Virus record (IMG/VR): IMGVR_UViG_3300044614_001923 | Direction: 5' to 3' (one strand) | DNA length: 64,000 nucleotides | Source: a virus | Lineage: Duplodnaviria; Caudoviricetes | Shown: positions 44,712 through 55,002 of the stretch, piece by piece | Layout of the letters: every line of letters starts with the position of its first letter | Position numbering within the stretch: position 1 is the first letter of the stretch | Position numbers and translations under genes: made by a program | Notes under the pieces: generated by a model | The model's database searches: none | What the model was told of the DNA's origin: nothing | The model's input: only the letters and a program-made list of their open reading frames with translations

Positions 44712-46115
44712 TTATGGTGTTCCAAATGGATTTTTCTCACTGAAATCCAGTATTTCATTAGCTGCAATTTGAATCTCATCATTTGCAGCATAAATATCTG
44801 CTCTATTTAGTTCATCCTCTGGGTCTGCAAGATTTTGCAGGGCATCTTCTGAAATAACATATGTTGCCCCAGAATCTTGTCCTATTAAAGTTTCTCCAAC
44901 AATAAACTCTCCAGTAATATTTGAAACTTCAAGAAATCTTGAAATTGCATTCCAAGATTTTACTCTTGCTAATGTACTACTAATACTTCCTACAATAACT
45001 TCATTATATTCATATTTTCCAGATCCAATTAATACTGGCGATCCTATCGCAATAGTTGGTATTGCACTGTATCCCAATCCTGCATTAATAATCCTAATTT
45101 CACGTACAGATCCATTTTCAATAATGGCTCTAGCTTGTGCGGATACTGAAGATATTCCTGTAAAAGTTACAGATGGTGCATTTGCGTATCCAGATCCCCC
45201 ACTAGTAACTGTAATAACACCTACAATTCCATCTCCTATAGTAGATGTTGCAGCAGCTCCAACTCCACTGTCACTGTAGAATGCAATACCTGGAGCAACT
45301 GTATATCCAGATCCTACATTAATCATTTCTATTCCCTGAACTCTTCCAAGAGTTTCGTCAACCTCACAGAAATCAACAATACCATAAATCATAGTTGCAA
45401 TTCCAGATGCTGTTCTGCCTCCTGTAGGAGCAGATGAGAATCCAATAGTTGGAACTGAAGAGTAACCACTTCCTCTATTTGTCACTGTTGCAAATCTGAT
45501 ACCACCATTGACAATGCTTGTTATTGCAGTTGCAGTCGAACCAATGCCAATCATTTTAAGAGTTCTAATACTTGCAATATCTTCAGTATTATCGTCTATT
45601 TCTTGAATTCCAGTATCAATTACTTCATCTCCATATCTAAAGAGTTCGCACTGTAATTCATAGACATAATTTTTTTGAAGTTGATAAAAAGGTTTTTCAT
45701 GCTCAACATATTTAATTTCAAAAATTCTATCTCCAAGAGGAAACCATATCAAATCTCCTTCTTTTGGTCTCTTAGATGTTTTAATATTTGGTAAACCAGA
45801 AATCAAAGGAGTTATATAAGTTTCAAATCTTTCTTTAGATATTATAAGAGTTAGGTCATCAAGTTCTTGAATTCCAAATTTAGATAAAATAGTACCTTGT
45901 CCGCCATATCCGTTAAAATTATCTACATATGCTTCTAAAGGATATGCATTTTTAAACTCAGATTCTATAACTTCTCTTATTACAGTTCTTTCTGTAATAA
46001 ATTGTCTTGGTATGTAATAAACTTCAACTCCATACATTCTAAGTTGTTCATTAATAAGATCTTGTACTAGGTTCTGCTCACCCTTTGAACCCTGAAGAAA
46101 GAATGGATTTAACAT
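44712..46115 (-). CDS. gp14: Neck protein gp14 with GSGY-repeat insertion
   Basis: GVEVYYIPR, RPKEGDLIWFP, FYQLQKNYVYELQCELF, FSEKNPFG. Confidence 0.92.
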   Translation of the reverse strand: MLNPFFLQGSKGEQNLVQDLINEQLRMYGVEVYYIPRQFITERTVIREVIESEFKNAYPLEAYVDNFNGYGGQGTILSKFGIQELDDLTLIISKERFETYITPLISGLPNIKTSKRPKEGDLIWFPLGDRIFEIKYVEHEKPFYQLQKNYVYELQCELFRYGDEVIDTGIQEIDDNTEDIASIRTLKMIGIGSTATAITSIVNGGIRFATVTNRGSGYSSVPTIGFSSAPTGGRTASGIATMIYGIVDFCEVDETLGRVQGIEMINVGSGYTVAPGIAFYSDSGVGAAATSTIGDGIVGVITVTSGGSGYANAPSVTFTGISSVSAQARAIIENGSVREIRIINAGLGYSAIPTIAIGSPVLIGSGKYEYNEVIVGSISSTLARVKSWNAISRFLEVSNITGEFIVGETLIGQDSGATYVISEDALQNLADPEDELNRADIYAANDEIQIAANEILDFSEKNPFGTP

Positions 46116-46119
46116 ATTA

Positions 46120-46962
46120 TTATCCGATCATGTCTAGAGGTGGAAGTTCGTATGTTGATGACATCTTATCCATGATGACATCAATTTCTCTTTGTCCATC
46201 GTCAAACAATTGTCTTCCATTCAATTCAACTCCACCAGGAAGTTTAACTCCCTGAAATTTAATAAGATTTTGTCCCCATTGTCTTTTAATTAATGCGGTT
46301 AAATATGGTTTTAAAAATGAATCATTCCAAACTCTAGAATAATCTCCAGGATCCATCATTCTATAACAGTCTATAATAATATAATGACCAACTTGTAAAC
46401 TAGACCAATCAATATCAAGATATAATCTATCCTGCCTCTTATTAAAACGTATTTGCTTCTGTGTAGTTAATAACCAATCAATATCTTCAAGATATCTTTT
46501 TACCATTGAATATGAAAGTAATTCAGTCGAACCCCAATAGTAAATATCATTTAAGAACAATTGATATTTAATACCAAACATTCCACTTGATACTGAATTA
46601 GATCCTTCAAAATGAAATATTTTATTTACTCCTATTACATGAGAAGGAACTTGTAAATAATTACTATTTTCGTAGTAATTGAAAGTTACTGTTGTTGTAC
46701 CTATACCAGCACTAGCTGATGTTGATGCTATGCCAACCCCAGTGATTCCTTTTGCCCTACCTCTATCAATATCTTCTTGTCTGACTTGATATTTTAAATA
46801 TGTTTGATAAACCCCATCAAAATGTCTTTCTTGAAAGAGTTGTAGGGCATCATCGACAAGATCGTCAATTTGCTCATCAGCAATATTAATCTCTAATACT
46901 GGAGCTCCCAATTTTCTTAAACAATAATCGACAAGTTCTTGTCTTGAAGATGGTTGTGCCAT
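46120..46962 (-). CDS. gp13: Neck protein gp13
   Basis: YCLRKLGAPV, QWGQNLIKF, LPGGVELNG. Confidence 0.94.
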   Translation of the reverse strand: MAQPSSRQELVDYCLRKLGAPVLEINIADEQIDDLVDDALQLFQERHFDGVYQTYLKYQVRQEDIDRGRAKGITGVGIASTSASAGIGTTTVTFNYYENSNYLQVPSHVIGVNKIFHFEGSNSVSSGMFGIKYQLFLNDIYYWGSTELLSYSMVKRYLEDIDWLLTTQKQIRFNKRQDRLYLDIDWSSLQVGHYIIIDCYRMMDPGDYSRVWNDSFLKPYLTALIKRQWGQNLIKFQGVKLPGGVELNGRQLFDDGQREIDVIMDKMSSTYELPPLDMIG

Positions 46963-47013
46963 GTTACAACTTGATTATAGGACTACAATTTAAAAATCAA
47001 TATACTATCTATA

Positions 47014-47280
47014 TTATTTCAATAGGTTCCTTAGGAGAGATTTAATTTCATCCAAGTCATCCTTAAGATTTGTAATATTAGACTCAATGGATTCTATTCG
47101 TTTGGTTTCTGATTCTTTAATTTTTTTCAATTCAATATAAGTTTTATATTCATCATAATTTGTATTTAAAATGGCATTTGTCCTCTCATCTCTTACTAAG
47201 TTTGGATGCCCTTCAACAAAACTGAAGTTTAATAATTCAGGAGGAAGTTGACCTTCCTCACTGTTACTAATGTTATTCAT
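47014..47280 (-). CDS. Small hypothetical protein with C-terminal coiled coil
   Basis: VEGHPNLVRD...LKDDLDEIKSLL. Confidence 0.7.
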   Translation of the reverse strand: MNNISNSEEGQLPPELLNFSFVEGHPNLVRDERTNAILNTNYDEYKTYIELKKIKESETKRIESIESNITNLKDDLDEIKSLLRNLLK

Positions 47281-47286
47281 AGATTA

Positions 47287-50200
47287 TTATGCAAGTGATA
47301 TAATTCTCAGATCTCTCAATCTGGGTGGATATGCTTGATTGGAAGAAGAACCAATTAATTTAATACTATAATATTTAAAGTTTGGTAGATTATCAATTGT
47401 AAACTCATAATCTTTGTAAATGATTTCATTACTCAAGAAACCAGTTGATTCTGCGTATGCAACTTTATCATCTGGAGTTCCATCGCTGTTTTCAAGATTA
47501 ATAACCTGACCAGATTTGATTTTGTTATTAAATCCTGGGAATGGATAATAAACGGGCTCTTCAGTAGGTTCATCCATAATTGCATATAAAGCTCTTAAAT
47601 CAGCAAAAGAATTAATGTGTGCAGTGAGTAGAACCTTAATTGAAGATGCTGGAACTTCCAGTGTTATTGGGTTTGTAGCATAAACAAAGGCAGATGGATC
47701 ATTAGCGAGAGTAGAAACTCTAAAATCTTGAGTATAATTTTGAATTGGTTTGTTAACCCTATTACTGATGAAAATCATTCCAACTCTATCAAGATCAATT
47801 ACTGGAGAGATGTTTTGATCAGAGCTATTTAATGTCATTTCAAGTGTAAATGACTTATTTCCAGGCATATCACTGAGATATTGAAGTTCATTTTGCTTAG
47901 ATGCAACAATTCTTGGCGTTGAAAGATAAGTATTATTGTCTAAACTAATATCTTCATACCCAACATCAAGGTAAGGAGATTCAATTCCATCGACACTTGA
48001 ACCAGTTACTGTTCTAATCTTAGCAGTTACAGAAGTATCTGCTGGTTTCATTACCTGAACAATAGGTTTAACAATTTCAAAAGGAATATTTTGTGTAGCA
48101 AAGATGTTAGATCCTCCAGCACTCTTCTTAGCAAATGGATATAATGCAGGAAGTACTCCAGATCCGCTTCTATCAACTTGACCCTGAGGTAAAGATGATG
48201 TTTTTCCTGCTTGAGAAGTATCAATCTTAATATAATAAGAATCAATATCTACAGTTCTGGTAATTGTAGAATCTTGTAGAGTGTGTATCTTATTAATTCT
48301 TCTCAGAGAAATGCCATTCACCTCATACTTCATAACATTTGTTCCAGATTGATAAGTAAATGATAGAGTATCATCAATTCCTCTGGTAATACCAGTTAAA
48401 GTATTATCATCAACTCCAGTATATGCAATTATTTCTTGATCAATTTTTACATAACCTGGATTTGATTCGCTAACTGGAAGTCCCTCAAATTTTAAGAATG
48501 CACTTTCTCCAGTATCTGGATTTATAATCATATCTGTTAGTATAATATCACCAGTTGATGCTCTATCATATTCAAAATCTAAATTGGAAGCATCAATATC
48601 AGAGTAGCATCCTGTAATTGAAACGCTGCTGGACTTGAAGTGCATTCCGTGATTTTTGTGATTTACCAAAACATGGAGACCATCGCTATCTTCATAATCT
48701 GGAGTAATTGATTGAATTGTCACTCCACCACCAAGGGTTGAATTTAAATCAGTACTTCCGATTCCTGCAGCAATGAATCTAATAGTATTTCCAACTCCAG
48801 TTAAGAATGTTCCTTGAACTTGATCTAAAATAATCTCATTAAAACCACTAATATTGGAAATTGATAGTCTTAGATTTCTTCCTAAAGTTGATCCACCAAG
48901 AGATGATATTGTTACAACATCTCCAACTTTATATCCAGTTCCTCCAGAATTGATAGTTGCTCCTAAAGCAACTACTTCTCCACCAGAAATAGTAATATTT
49001 GCAGTAGCATTTTTTCCAGTTCCAGTTACACTAACCAAACTTACATTTGAATAGTATCCATTAACATATCCTGTTCCATTATTGATAATGCTCAGGGTGC
49101 TACTTGCAACACCAGCTTTAGCGACATAATTGCCAGTTCCATTAGAACTTCTTTGAATGACTGTGTTGCCAAATTGCAAATTATTATCCTGAACAGTAGA
49201 TCCTAAACCAACTCTAATTCTTCTTGAATTGAAGACCAGAGAATCTGTCAAGAGATTGGCAATCTGCTTGTTACCAACATTTAAATCTGGGTTATAGAAG
49301 TTAACCTTTCCTACTGTTGAGGTAAATTTAGCTTTGAATAGGGTAAATTTAAGATCTTCATATTGACTTGCATCCCAAGTACTTCCATTTTGTGATTTAA
49401 ATAGAGATCCTAGTAATGGTTGTTGAGTGACAACAATTTGCTGAGACTGTGGTAGTGATAATGTACTCACATCAATCTCTCCCATTCTAGAGATCCAAAC
49501 ATTATACTCATTTGATTCTGACATTAGAACCAGAGCATGTTCTGCTCCACCCTTTAGATATACTGGTGATGGGAAAGTAATTGTTGTTGCAACACTTCCA
49601 TCTTCAGATAAGTTAATATCCTTCGGTTGAATAATAACTTCACTAAAAGGATATACATCAGTTTGTGGTAATCCAAGTTGCATTGGACGCAACTGAACAA
49701 CAACTGGTAATTTTGCATCCTTTGTTCTAAAGAATACTTCAACTTTGGTTACATAAATTCCATTTTCTTCTTCAACAAAGAAAGATTGTGCAAGAGGGTC
49801 AAAACGGCACCATCCCCATTTTCCATATCTATATTTCCATGAATATGGCCATCCATACCAACCTCTCACTGAGGTTGAAACTGTGGTTGTCGTTTCAGAA
49901 ACCTGCTTAGATTCTGTTAAAGTCTCAGAAGTAATCTTTGCATTTCTAGTAGTCTGAATAGTTTCTTGGATAGTTTCAAGTTTTCCACTTGCTTCATAAA
50001 TTTCTTCACCACTGGTCTGAGTTACTCCAGGTATTTGTGAGTTAACAGAACTACTAGTCAGTCTAAACGTTTTCTTTCCAGTTTCAAAAGTTGGATTCGA
50101 TGGAACGTTTGGATTTGGAATGAAATAAGAACCATAGACTGCTCCAACAGCATCTGTTACCAACTTAACATCTGTTATTCTAGCTTCTGCACCACTTGTT

Positions 50201-53200
50201 TGTCCTCTTAATATCATTCCTGGACTTACATATCCATAATAATTTCCAAGTGCTTGTTCAGCAAGACTACGAACGTCGACATTCAGAATTGTAGAAGTTG
50301 TAGAATATTGTTCCTGTATTAATGTATTATTATCTTTATCGTATGGATTTACGTTAAAGATATCAGTTGGCGAATTAAATGGACCAGTTCTATGATTTGA
50401 AGATGCTAATCTAAATTTGATTTGAACATCAGTAATTCCTGGAGTTGGGTCTGTAGATAAAGATGTTGTCTGAACAATACCAGTAACTGTTTCTCCAACT
50501 TGGAATACTCCAGAGCTCATTTGAACTTGAAGAAGTTTTGGAATAACAAATTTATTAAGATCTTGACCATCAAAGAAAGCATATACTCTTGTAAATGGTT
50601 TAAATCTACTTCCAATAAATTCAACGTTCCTAGATCTCATAAATGGAACAACTTCTGTAGAAATTACAGAATCCCCAAGAGATACTGTTTTTACTTCTTC
50701 TGTAAGTTTTTGCTGAGTACCTGTTCTTGTTGAAGTACCTGTCTTTGTAGTTGTTGTTGCAACCTGAGTTGCAACACGTCCCCAATATCCACCATACCAA
50801 GGATATCCCCAATAGTATCTGTTATAATTCCAACCATGCCAACCATAATAATGTCCCCAATAACCATTATAGTATGGGAATCTATTCCAATTCCATCCAT
50901 AATAACCTCTATTCCACCACTTACTGCCCCACCACCAACGTCCTCCATAATAACGACGACTGCTAACCGTAGTTGTAGTTGTTTCTCCAGTCCAAGTTGT
51001 TTCCCATGCTCCCCAACTTACTGGACTTAATCCAGTTTGAGGGTCCCAACCCTGAGCAATAAGTTGTTGCTGTGTCTGGGTAAAATTATCAATCTCAACA
51101 TTCTTGGCATCAACTCTAACTTGATCTACCCAAGTATCTGATGATGGGAATAGTATTATTGTACCAGTATATGAAACTACAAGGAACGGAGTTATATTTT
51201 CTGTTCTCGTTGCATATGGATTTTCAACTTTAACAACATCTTCATAGTCAAGAGATATAAGTTGACCTGTTCTCTTAGATCCATTGCCAATGAGATCTGT
51301 TACATATTGAGCATCTGCAAGTGGATTTAGGGTTGAACCAATTCCAACTAAAGATTTTGATCCAATAATGAGGTCAATCTGTGTAGTATATGGTGCTGGT
51401 CTCAACTCGGAATTTTTAGTATCGATACTATTTTTTACAATAGTACTCTTATTTTGAGAACTTGTTGTTGTAAAATCATCTACAAAGAATCCAGACTTAA
51501 ATCTATCAAGACCGTTAGAATCCTTAATCTTAAGATTTTCAGTTGCAGACTCAAGTAAGTTTAGTGAAGTATATTTTTCAAGATTTCTTACTCTTTCTTC
51601 AAGTTTTGCAATATCTCTCATTCTAAAGCGTTTATGATCGGTTAGATCAATTGAAACTCTAGATGCATCGCAGAGATATGGTTGAATTGAAATGGTTGCA
51701 ACTTCCATTGCTCCATCTACAGATGCTGGTTCTTCAGGCATCTCCGCTGGAGTTCCTTTATTTAATTGGAAAACACCATCTTTTGTTAGATATATTTTAT
51801 CAATTCTTGGTAAATAATATGAATATGATGCGACAAATGATTCATCACTTGCTAAAACGTGCTTGGTGCAATTGTTTATTTCATTAAATGATCTTCCTAA
51901 AAATTCAAATGGAGATCTATCAGTAATATTAATATCGAATGGTTTTACTCTTAAACGTCCATCAATAATATCTGCATTGTTTACAGTTTCTTTCGCAAAT
52001 GTAATTGTACAATAATCAAACTGACTGTAAGAGTTTGCAGTTACAATATCACCAGTATCTGAAGGTGAGAATTCTGCAGTCTCATAAATTACCCTCAGTT
52101 TTCCTTTTGGTTCTGGAGAATTTGCATTTCTCCTTAAAGATGTATAATCATATAAAGTATCTCTTTGTCCATAATCGAATGAGAAATTAGCAATAATATT
52201 TCTACTACCAGCGTTTACTGCTTGAGATACTGCAGTTACTCCAGATTCTTTAAATCTTATTGGTTCTAATTCTTGTAGTATATTTTCATTTAGATAACTA
52301 AACTCTACTCTAACGTCATCAATCTTAGAAACAACAACTCCAACAGCTCCACTTATTTCTCCTATAAATTCTTCTCCAACTATAAGTTCCTGAGTTGTTG
52401 CTGAAGATCCACTAAGATTTGATAGGATTATTGTAGGTAAAATAGGATCATTTGTATTTGTTGATTCTAAAATAGAGTATACCTTTGTTACATCTGGAAC
52501 TAATAGGCAAAGATCTTCATCCTGAATTCGAGTTCCGTATGGATAACTTGTACCATATGAAAGACCATCATTAAGAGTTGTGGTTCCTATTCCAGATGAG
52601 ATATCTCTAGATCTATCAAATACAAGACTGTTAATTCTTTTTTTAGATTTTGTCTTGCTGGTAACATTAATTTTTCTCAAAGTAGCAATTAATCTGCAAT
52701 TTGAAGCACTAGTATTTGCTAGACCAACTATAGTTAATTGTTTTTGTCCACTTTCAAAGACAAATCTATCTGGGGTTAGGACTTCAAATTGACCAGAAGA
52801 AGTTGTTAAAACATATCTTTCCTCATCAAAAGGTAGGAATGTTTCATTATCTCCTGCTGTAATTGTATTGGTTTGATTTGCACTGATTGTAATTGGGAAT
52901 TCTTTTCTAACTGTTAGATTTGATTCTGTTAAATCTACGTTAGCTATAAATGGTCGCGGAAGGTTTGTATATAAAGTATTATCTCCAGAAGGTAAGAATC
53001 TTGAGGAGAGTAGAGCAAAATCCTTAATATCCATTTGTGACTGTGGCAATCCACCATCACAAATATTTGTCACTGTAGTTATACCAGCGACTATAATTTC
53101 TTTTTCGTTTACTGTAAGTACTTTAGATAAAGTTTGAGCAGTGTGTCCAACTTTAGTATATGAAACTAAATTTCCAGGTTTTACAATATTTGTAAATATA

Positions 53201-54996
53201 ATATCTTGACTATCTGTTACTCTAACTGTCGAAATTCCTACTCCACTACCATTATTTCTTTCTTGAGTTATAAGTACATCTCCAAAAAATTGCTTAACAT
53301 CGGGAATAATATCTGCATTAAAAATAGTCGATGATGTGCCTACATTAGAGATGGACTGAACATCGTCAACATTATATTGAGTAACTGCTATAGCAACTCT
53401 ACTATCTGTTTCTGTACCATTGAAAACAAATTTTTCTCCTTTTGAGAACGTACCTTTTGTTCCATACAACGTTAGTAACTTAGAGTTACTAACGTTTGTT
53501 CTAAGGTATCCTGTCGCCCCGCTAGACTTCCCTTTAATGAATTTGGGGGTAGTTAGTGTTATAGGTTCATTTAATGAAATTTCAGTATATGTTTGAATAT
53601 CGAATAAAGAAATATCCCATTGATTTGAATTTGGATCTGCTGCTAGATAAGAACCAGATTCTAACGAAAAGTCATATACTCTTGCTAGACCAATTTCCTT
53701 TCCTGCAGATGTTGTATGAATTCCTCCAATTCTAGAATCTCTTAAACTTACCGTAAATGGTGCGGCTAAGTTAATAGATGGAGATCCATATACCCTATTC
53801 AAAGTATACGTTGATCCAGTTTGATATACAATTTCTTGATTAAGATTAGTATTTGTGGTTCTTGGTTTTTCAAAATCAATATATGTTGTAGATAAAGTTT
53901 CTACCTCATATCCTTGTACATATGCTTTTCCAGGAGAAATTTTATATACGCCCAAAGAATTACTTGGAACATTATTTGAGTATGTTAATTGATTACTGTT
54001 AAATACTCCATTATTCCCAAGATTGTTATTTAAAGACTCTTTTGCTGTTATTGAGAAAGGTCTTACATAATAATCTCCTGATTCATCATAAGTTCTTCTT
54101 GCAATTTCATCTTGCAGAATATTATATGTTGATTCCTTTTTCTTACCAGATATTAAAATACCTTCCCTTATTTCTAAGAGGCTAATAAAACTCTGATTAT
54201 CAGAACTATTAAGTGGTTTTTTGGATAATATTGCTCTTATTCTAAATCTATCTGCACCAGAAGCTGCATAATTTGCAAAACCTCTTGCATTATCATATAG
54301 TGTAGGATCATCATCTGCAGATATAACTTCTTCAACTATATCAAAACCTACTTTATATGATGGGAAATTTGAATGTGCGTCTAAAATTAAAGTTTGACTG
54401 TCAACATTTACAAAAGTTCCTCTAATAAAATAAACACCCTCAGAAAGAATGACAGCAGAACCTATTGAAGTTGCACTAACTCCTGCAGTATTTGCAAATC
54501 CCTCTCCACTCTGAATAACAAATTGTCCCTTAACTAAGTTTTCTTCAAGTAAAAGAGTTTCTGCATCAGAAAAAACTGCCTGATTATCTACCCCAGCTCC
54601 CTGATAAGAAAGATAAAGTGTAATATATGATCTCTCAGAAAAAGAAGTGTCAAGTACTTTTATAATTTTTGCTTGAACGTTAGACGTAGCCCCTTTAATT
54701 GTCTTTCCTACTAAATCGTCCAAATAGTATGAAAGAGATATTCCTGCATAAGAATCTTCAACTTCAACTGCAAAAAATTGATTATTATAATTTATTTGGC
54801 CAGGAATTACTACAGAACCTTCTTTAAATACATGATTTCCAAACTGTTCAATCTGATTTTGCAGAATTGACTGTAATCCAGTTAGTTCTCTTGCTTGAAC
54901 TGGATAACCTGGCTTGAAAAGAACCTTATAAAAATTCTTATTTGGATCAAAATCGTCAAAATATGGAGAAATATTTAAATTAGTTTCTTGGGGCAT
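47287..54996 (-). CDS. Giant virion structural protein (DUF4815/VrlC-like)
   Basis: 2569 aa; SPYFDDF...VLFKPGYPVQARELT N-terminus, GFFVDDF, DPLAQSF; located after gp8. Confidence 0.8.
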   Translation of the reverse strand: MPQETNLNISPYFDDFDPNKNFYKVLFKPGYPVQARELTGLQSILQNQIEQFGNHVFKEGSVVIPGQINYNNQFFAVEVEDSYAGISLSYYLDDLVGKTIKGATSNVQAKIIKVLDTSFSERSYITLYLSYQGAGVDNQAVFSDAETLLLEENLVKGQFVIQSGEGFANTAGVSATSIGSAVILSEGVYFIRGTFVNVDSQTLILDAHSNFPSYKVGFDIVEEVISADDDPTLYDNARGFANYAASGADRFRIRAILSKKPLNSSDNQSFISLLEIREGILISGKKKESTYNILQDEIARRTYDESGDYYVRPFSITAKESLNNNLGNNGVFNSNQLTYSNNVPSNSLGVYKISPGKAYVQGYEVETLSTTYIDFEKPRTTNTNLNQEIVYQTGSTYTLNRVYGSPSINLAAPFTVSLRDSRIGGIHTTSAGKEIGLARVYDFSLESGSYLAADPNSNQWDISLFDIQTYTEISLNEPITLTTPKFIKGKSSGATGYLRTNVSNSKLLTLYGTKGTFSKGEKFVFNGTETDSRVAIAVTQYNVDDVQSISNVGTSSTIFNADIIPDVKQFFGDVLITQERNNGSGVGISTVRVTDSQDIIFTNIVKPGNLVSYTKVGHTAQTLSKVLTVNEKEIIVAGITTVTNICDGGLPQSQMDIKDFALLSSRFLPSGDNTLYTNLPRPFIANVDLTESNLTVRKEFPITISANQTNTITAGDNETFLPFDEERYVLTTSSGQFEVLTPDRFVFESGQKQLTIVGLANTSASNCRLIATLRKINVTSKTKSKKRINSLVFDRSRDISSGIGTTTLNDGLSYGTSYPYGTRIQDEDLCLLVPDVTKVYSILESTNTNDPILPTIILSNLSGSSATTQELIVGEEFIGEISGAVGVVVSKIDDVRVEFSYLNENILQELEPIRFKESGVTAVSQAVNAGSRNIIANFSFDYGQRDTLYDYTSLRRNANSPEPKGKLRVIYETAEFSPSDTGDIVTANSYSQFDYCTITFAKETVNNADIIDGRLRVKPFDINITDRSPFEFLGRSFNEINNCTKHVLASDESFVASYSYYLPRIDKIYLTKDGVFQLNKGTPAEMPEEPASVDGAMEVATISIQPYLCDASRVSIDLTDHKRFRMRDIAKLEERVRNLEKYTSLNLLESATENLKIKDSNGLDRFKSGFFVDDFTTTSSQNKSTIVKNSIDTKNSELRPAPYTTQIDLIIGSKSLVGIGSTLNPLADAQYVTDLIGNGSKRTGQLISLDYEDVVKVENPYATRTENITPFLVVSYTGTIILFPSSDTWVDQVRVDAKNVEIDNFTQTQQQLIAQGWDPQTGLSPVSWGAWETTWTGETTTTTVSSRRYYGGRWWWGSKWWNRGYYGWNWNRFPYYNGYWGHYYGWHGWNYNRYYWGYPWYGGYWGRVATQVATTTTKTGTSTRTGTQQKLTEEVKTVSLGDSVISTEVVPFMRSRNVEFIGSRFKPFTRVYAFFDGQDLNKFVIPKLLQVQMSSGVFQVGETVTGIVQTTSLSTDPTPGITDVQIKFRLASSNHRTGPFNSPTDIFNVNPYDKDNNTLIQEQYSTTSTILNVDVRSLAEQALGNYYGYVSPGMILRGQTSGAEARITDVKLVTDAVGAVYGSYFIPNPNVPSNPTFETGKKTFRLTSSSVNSQIPGVTQTSGEEIYEASGKLETIQETIQTTRNAKITSETLTESKQVSETTTTVSTSVRGWYGWPYSWKYRYGKWGWCRFDPLAQSFFVEEENGIYVTKVEVFFRTKDAKLPVVVQLRPMQLGLPQTDVYPFSEVIIQPKDINLSEDGSVATTITFPSPVYLKGGAEHALVLMSESNEYNVWISRMGEIDVSTLSLPQSQQIVVTQQPLLGSLFKSQNGSTWDASQYEDLKFTLFKAKFTSTVGKVNFYNPDLNVGNKQIANLLTDSLVFNSRRIRVGLGSTVQDNNLQFGNTVIQRSSNGTGNYVAKAGVASSTLSIINNGTGYVNGYYSNVSLVSVTGTGKNATANITISGGEVVALGATINSGGTGYKVGDVVTISSLGGSTLGRNLRLSISNISGFNEIILDQVQGTFLTGVGNTIRFIAAGIGSTDLNSTLGGGVTIQSITPDYEDSDGLHVLVNHKNHGMHFKSSSVSITGCYSDIDASNLDFEYDRASTGDIILTDMIINPDTGESAFLKFEGLPVSESNPGYVKIDQEIIAYTGVDDNTLTGITRGIDDTLSFTYQSGTNVMKYEVNGISLRRINKIHTLQDSTITRTVDIDSYYIKIDTSQAGKTSSLPQGQVDRSGSGVLPALYPFAKKSAGGSNIFATQNIPFEIVKPIVQVMKPADTSVTAKIRTVTGSSVDGIESPYLDVGYEDISLDNNTYLSTPRIVASKQNELQYLSDMPGNKSFTLEMTLNSSDQNISPVIDLDRVGMIFISNRVNKPIQNYTQDFRVSTLANDPSAFVYATNPITLEVPASSIKVLLTAHINSFADLRALYAIMDEPTEEPVYYPFPGFNNKIKSGQVINLENSDGTPDDKVAYAESTGFLSNEIIYKDYEFTIDNLPNFKYYSIKLIGSSSNQAYPPRLRDLRIISLA

Positions 54997-55002
54997 GATT
55001 TT

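Noticed and set aside
44712-46115. Enlarged gp14 with GSGY repeats
   Set aside because: Extended neck proteins with these repeats are commonplace in cyanomyoviruses
50630-51030. Several short overlapping ORFs and CCAAT/CCAT quasi-repeats, considered as a DGR variable repeat or CRISPR-like array
   Set aside because: Explained by TGG/TAT/GGA codons of the aromatic segment; no template repeat, reverse transcriptase or regular repeat-spacer period in the window
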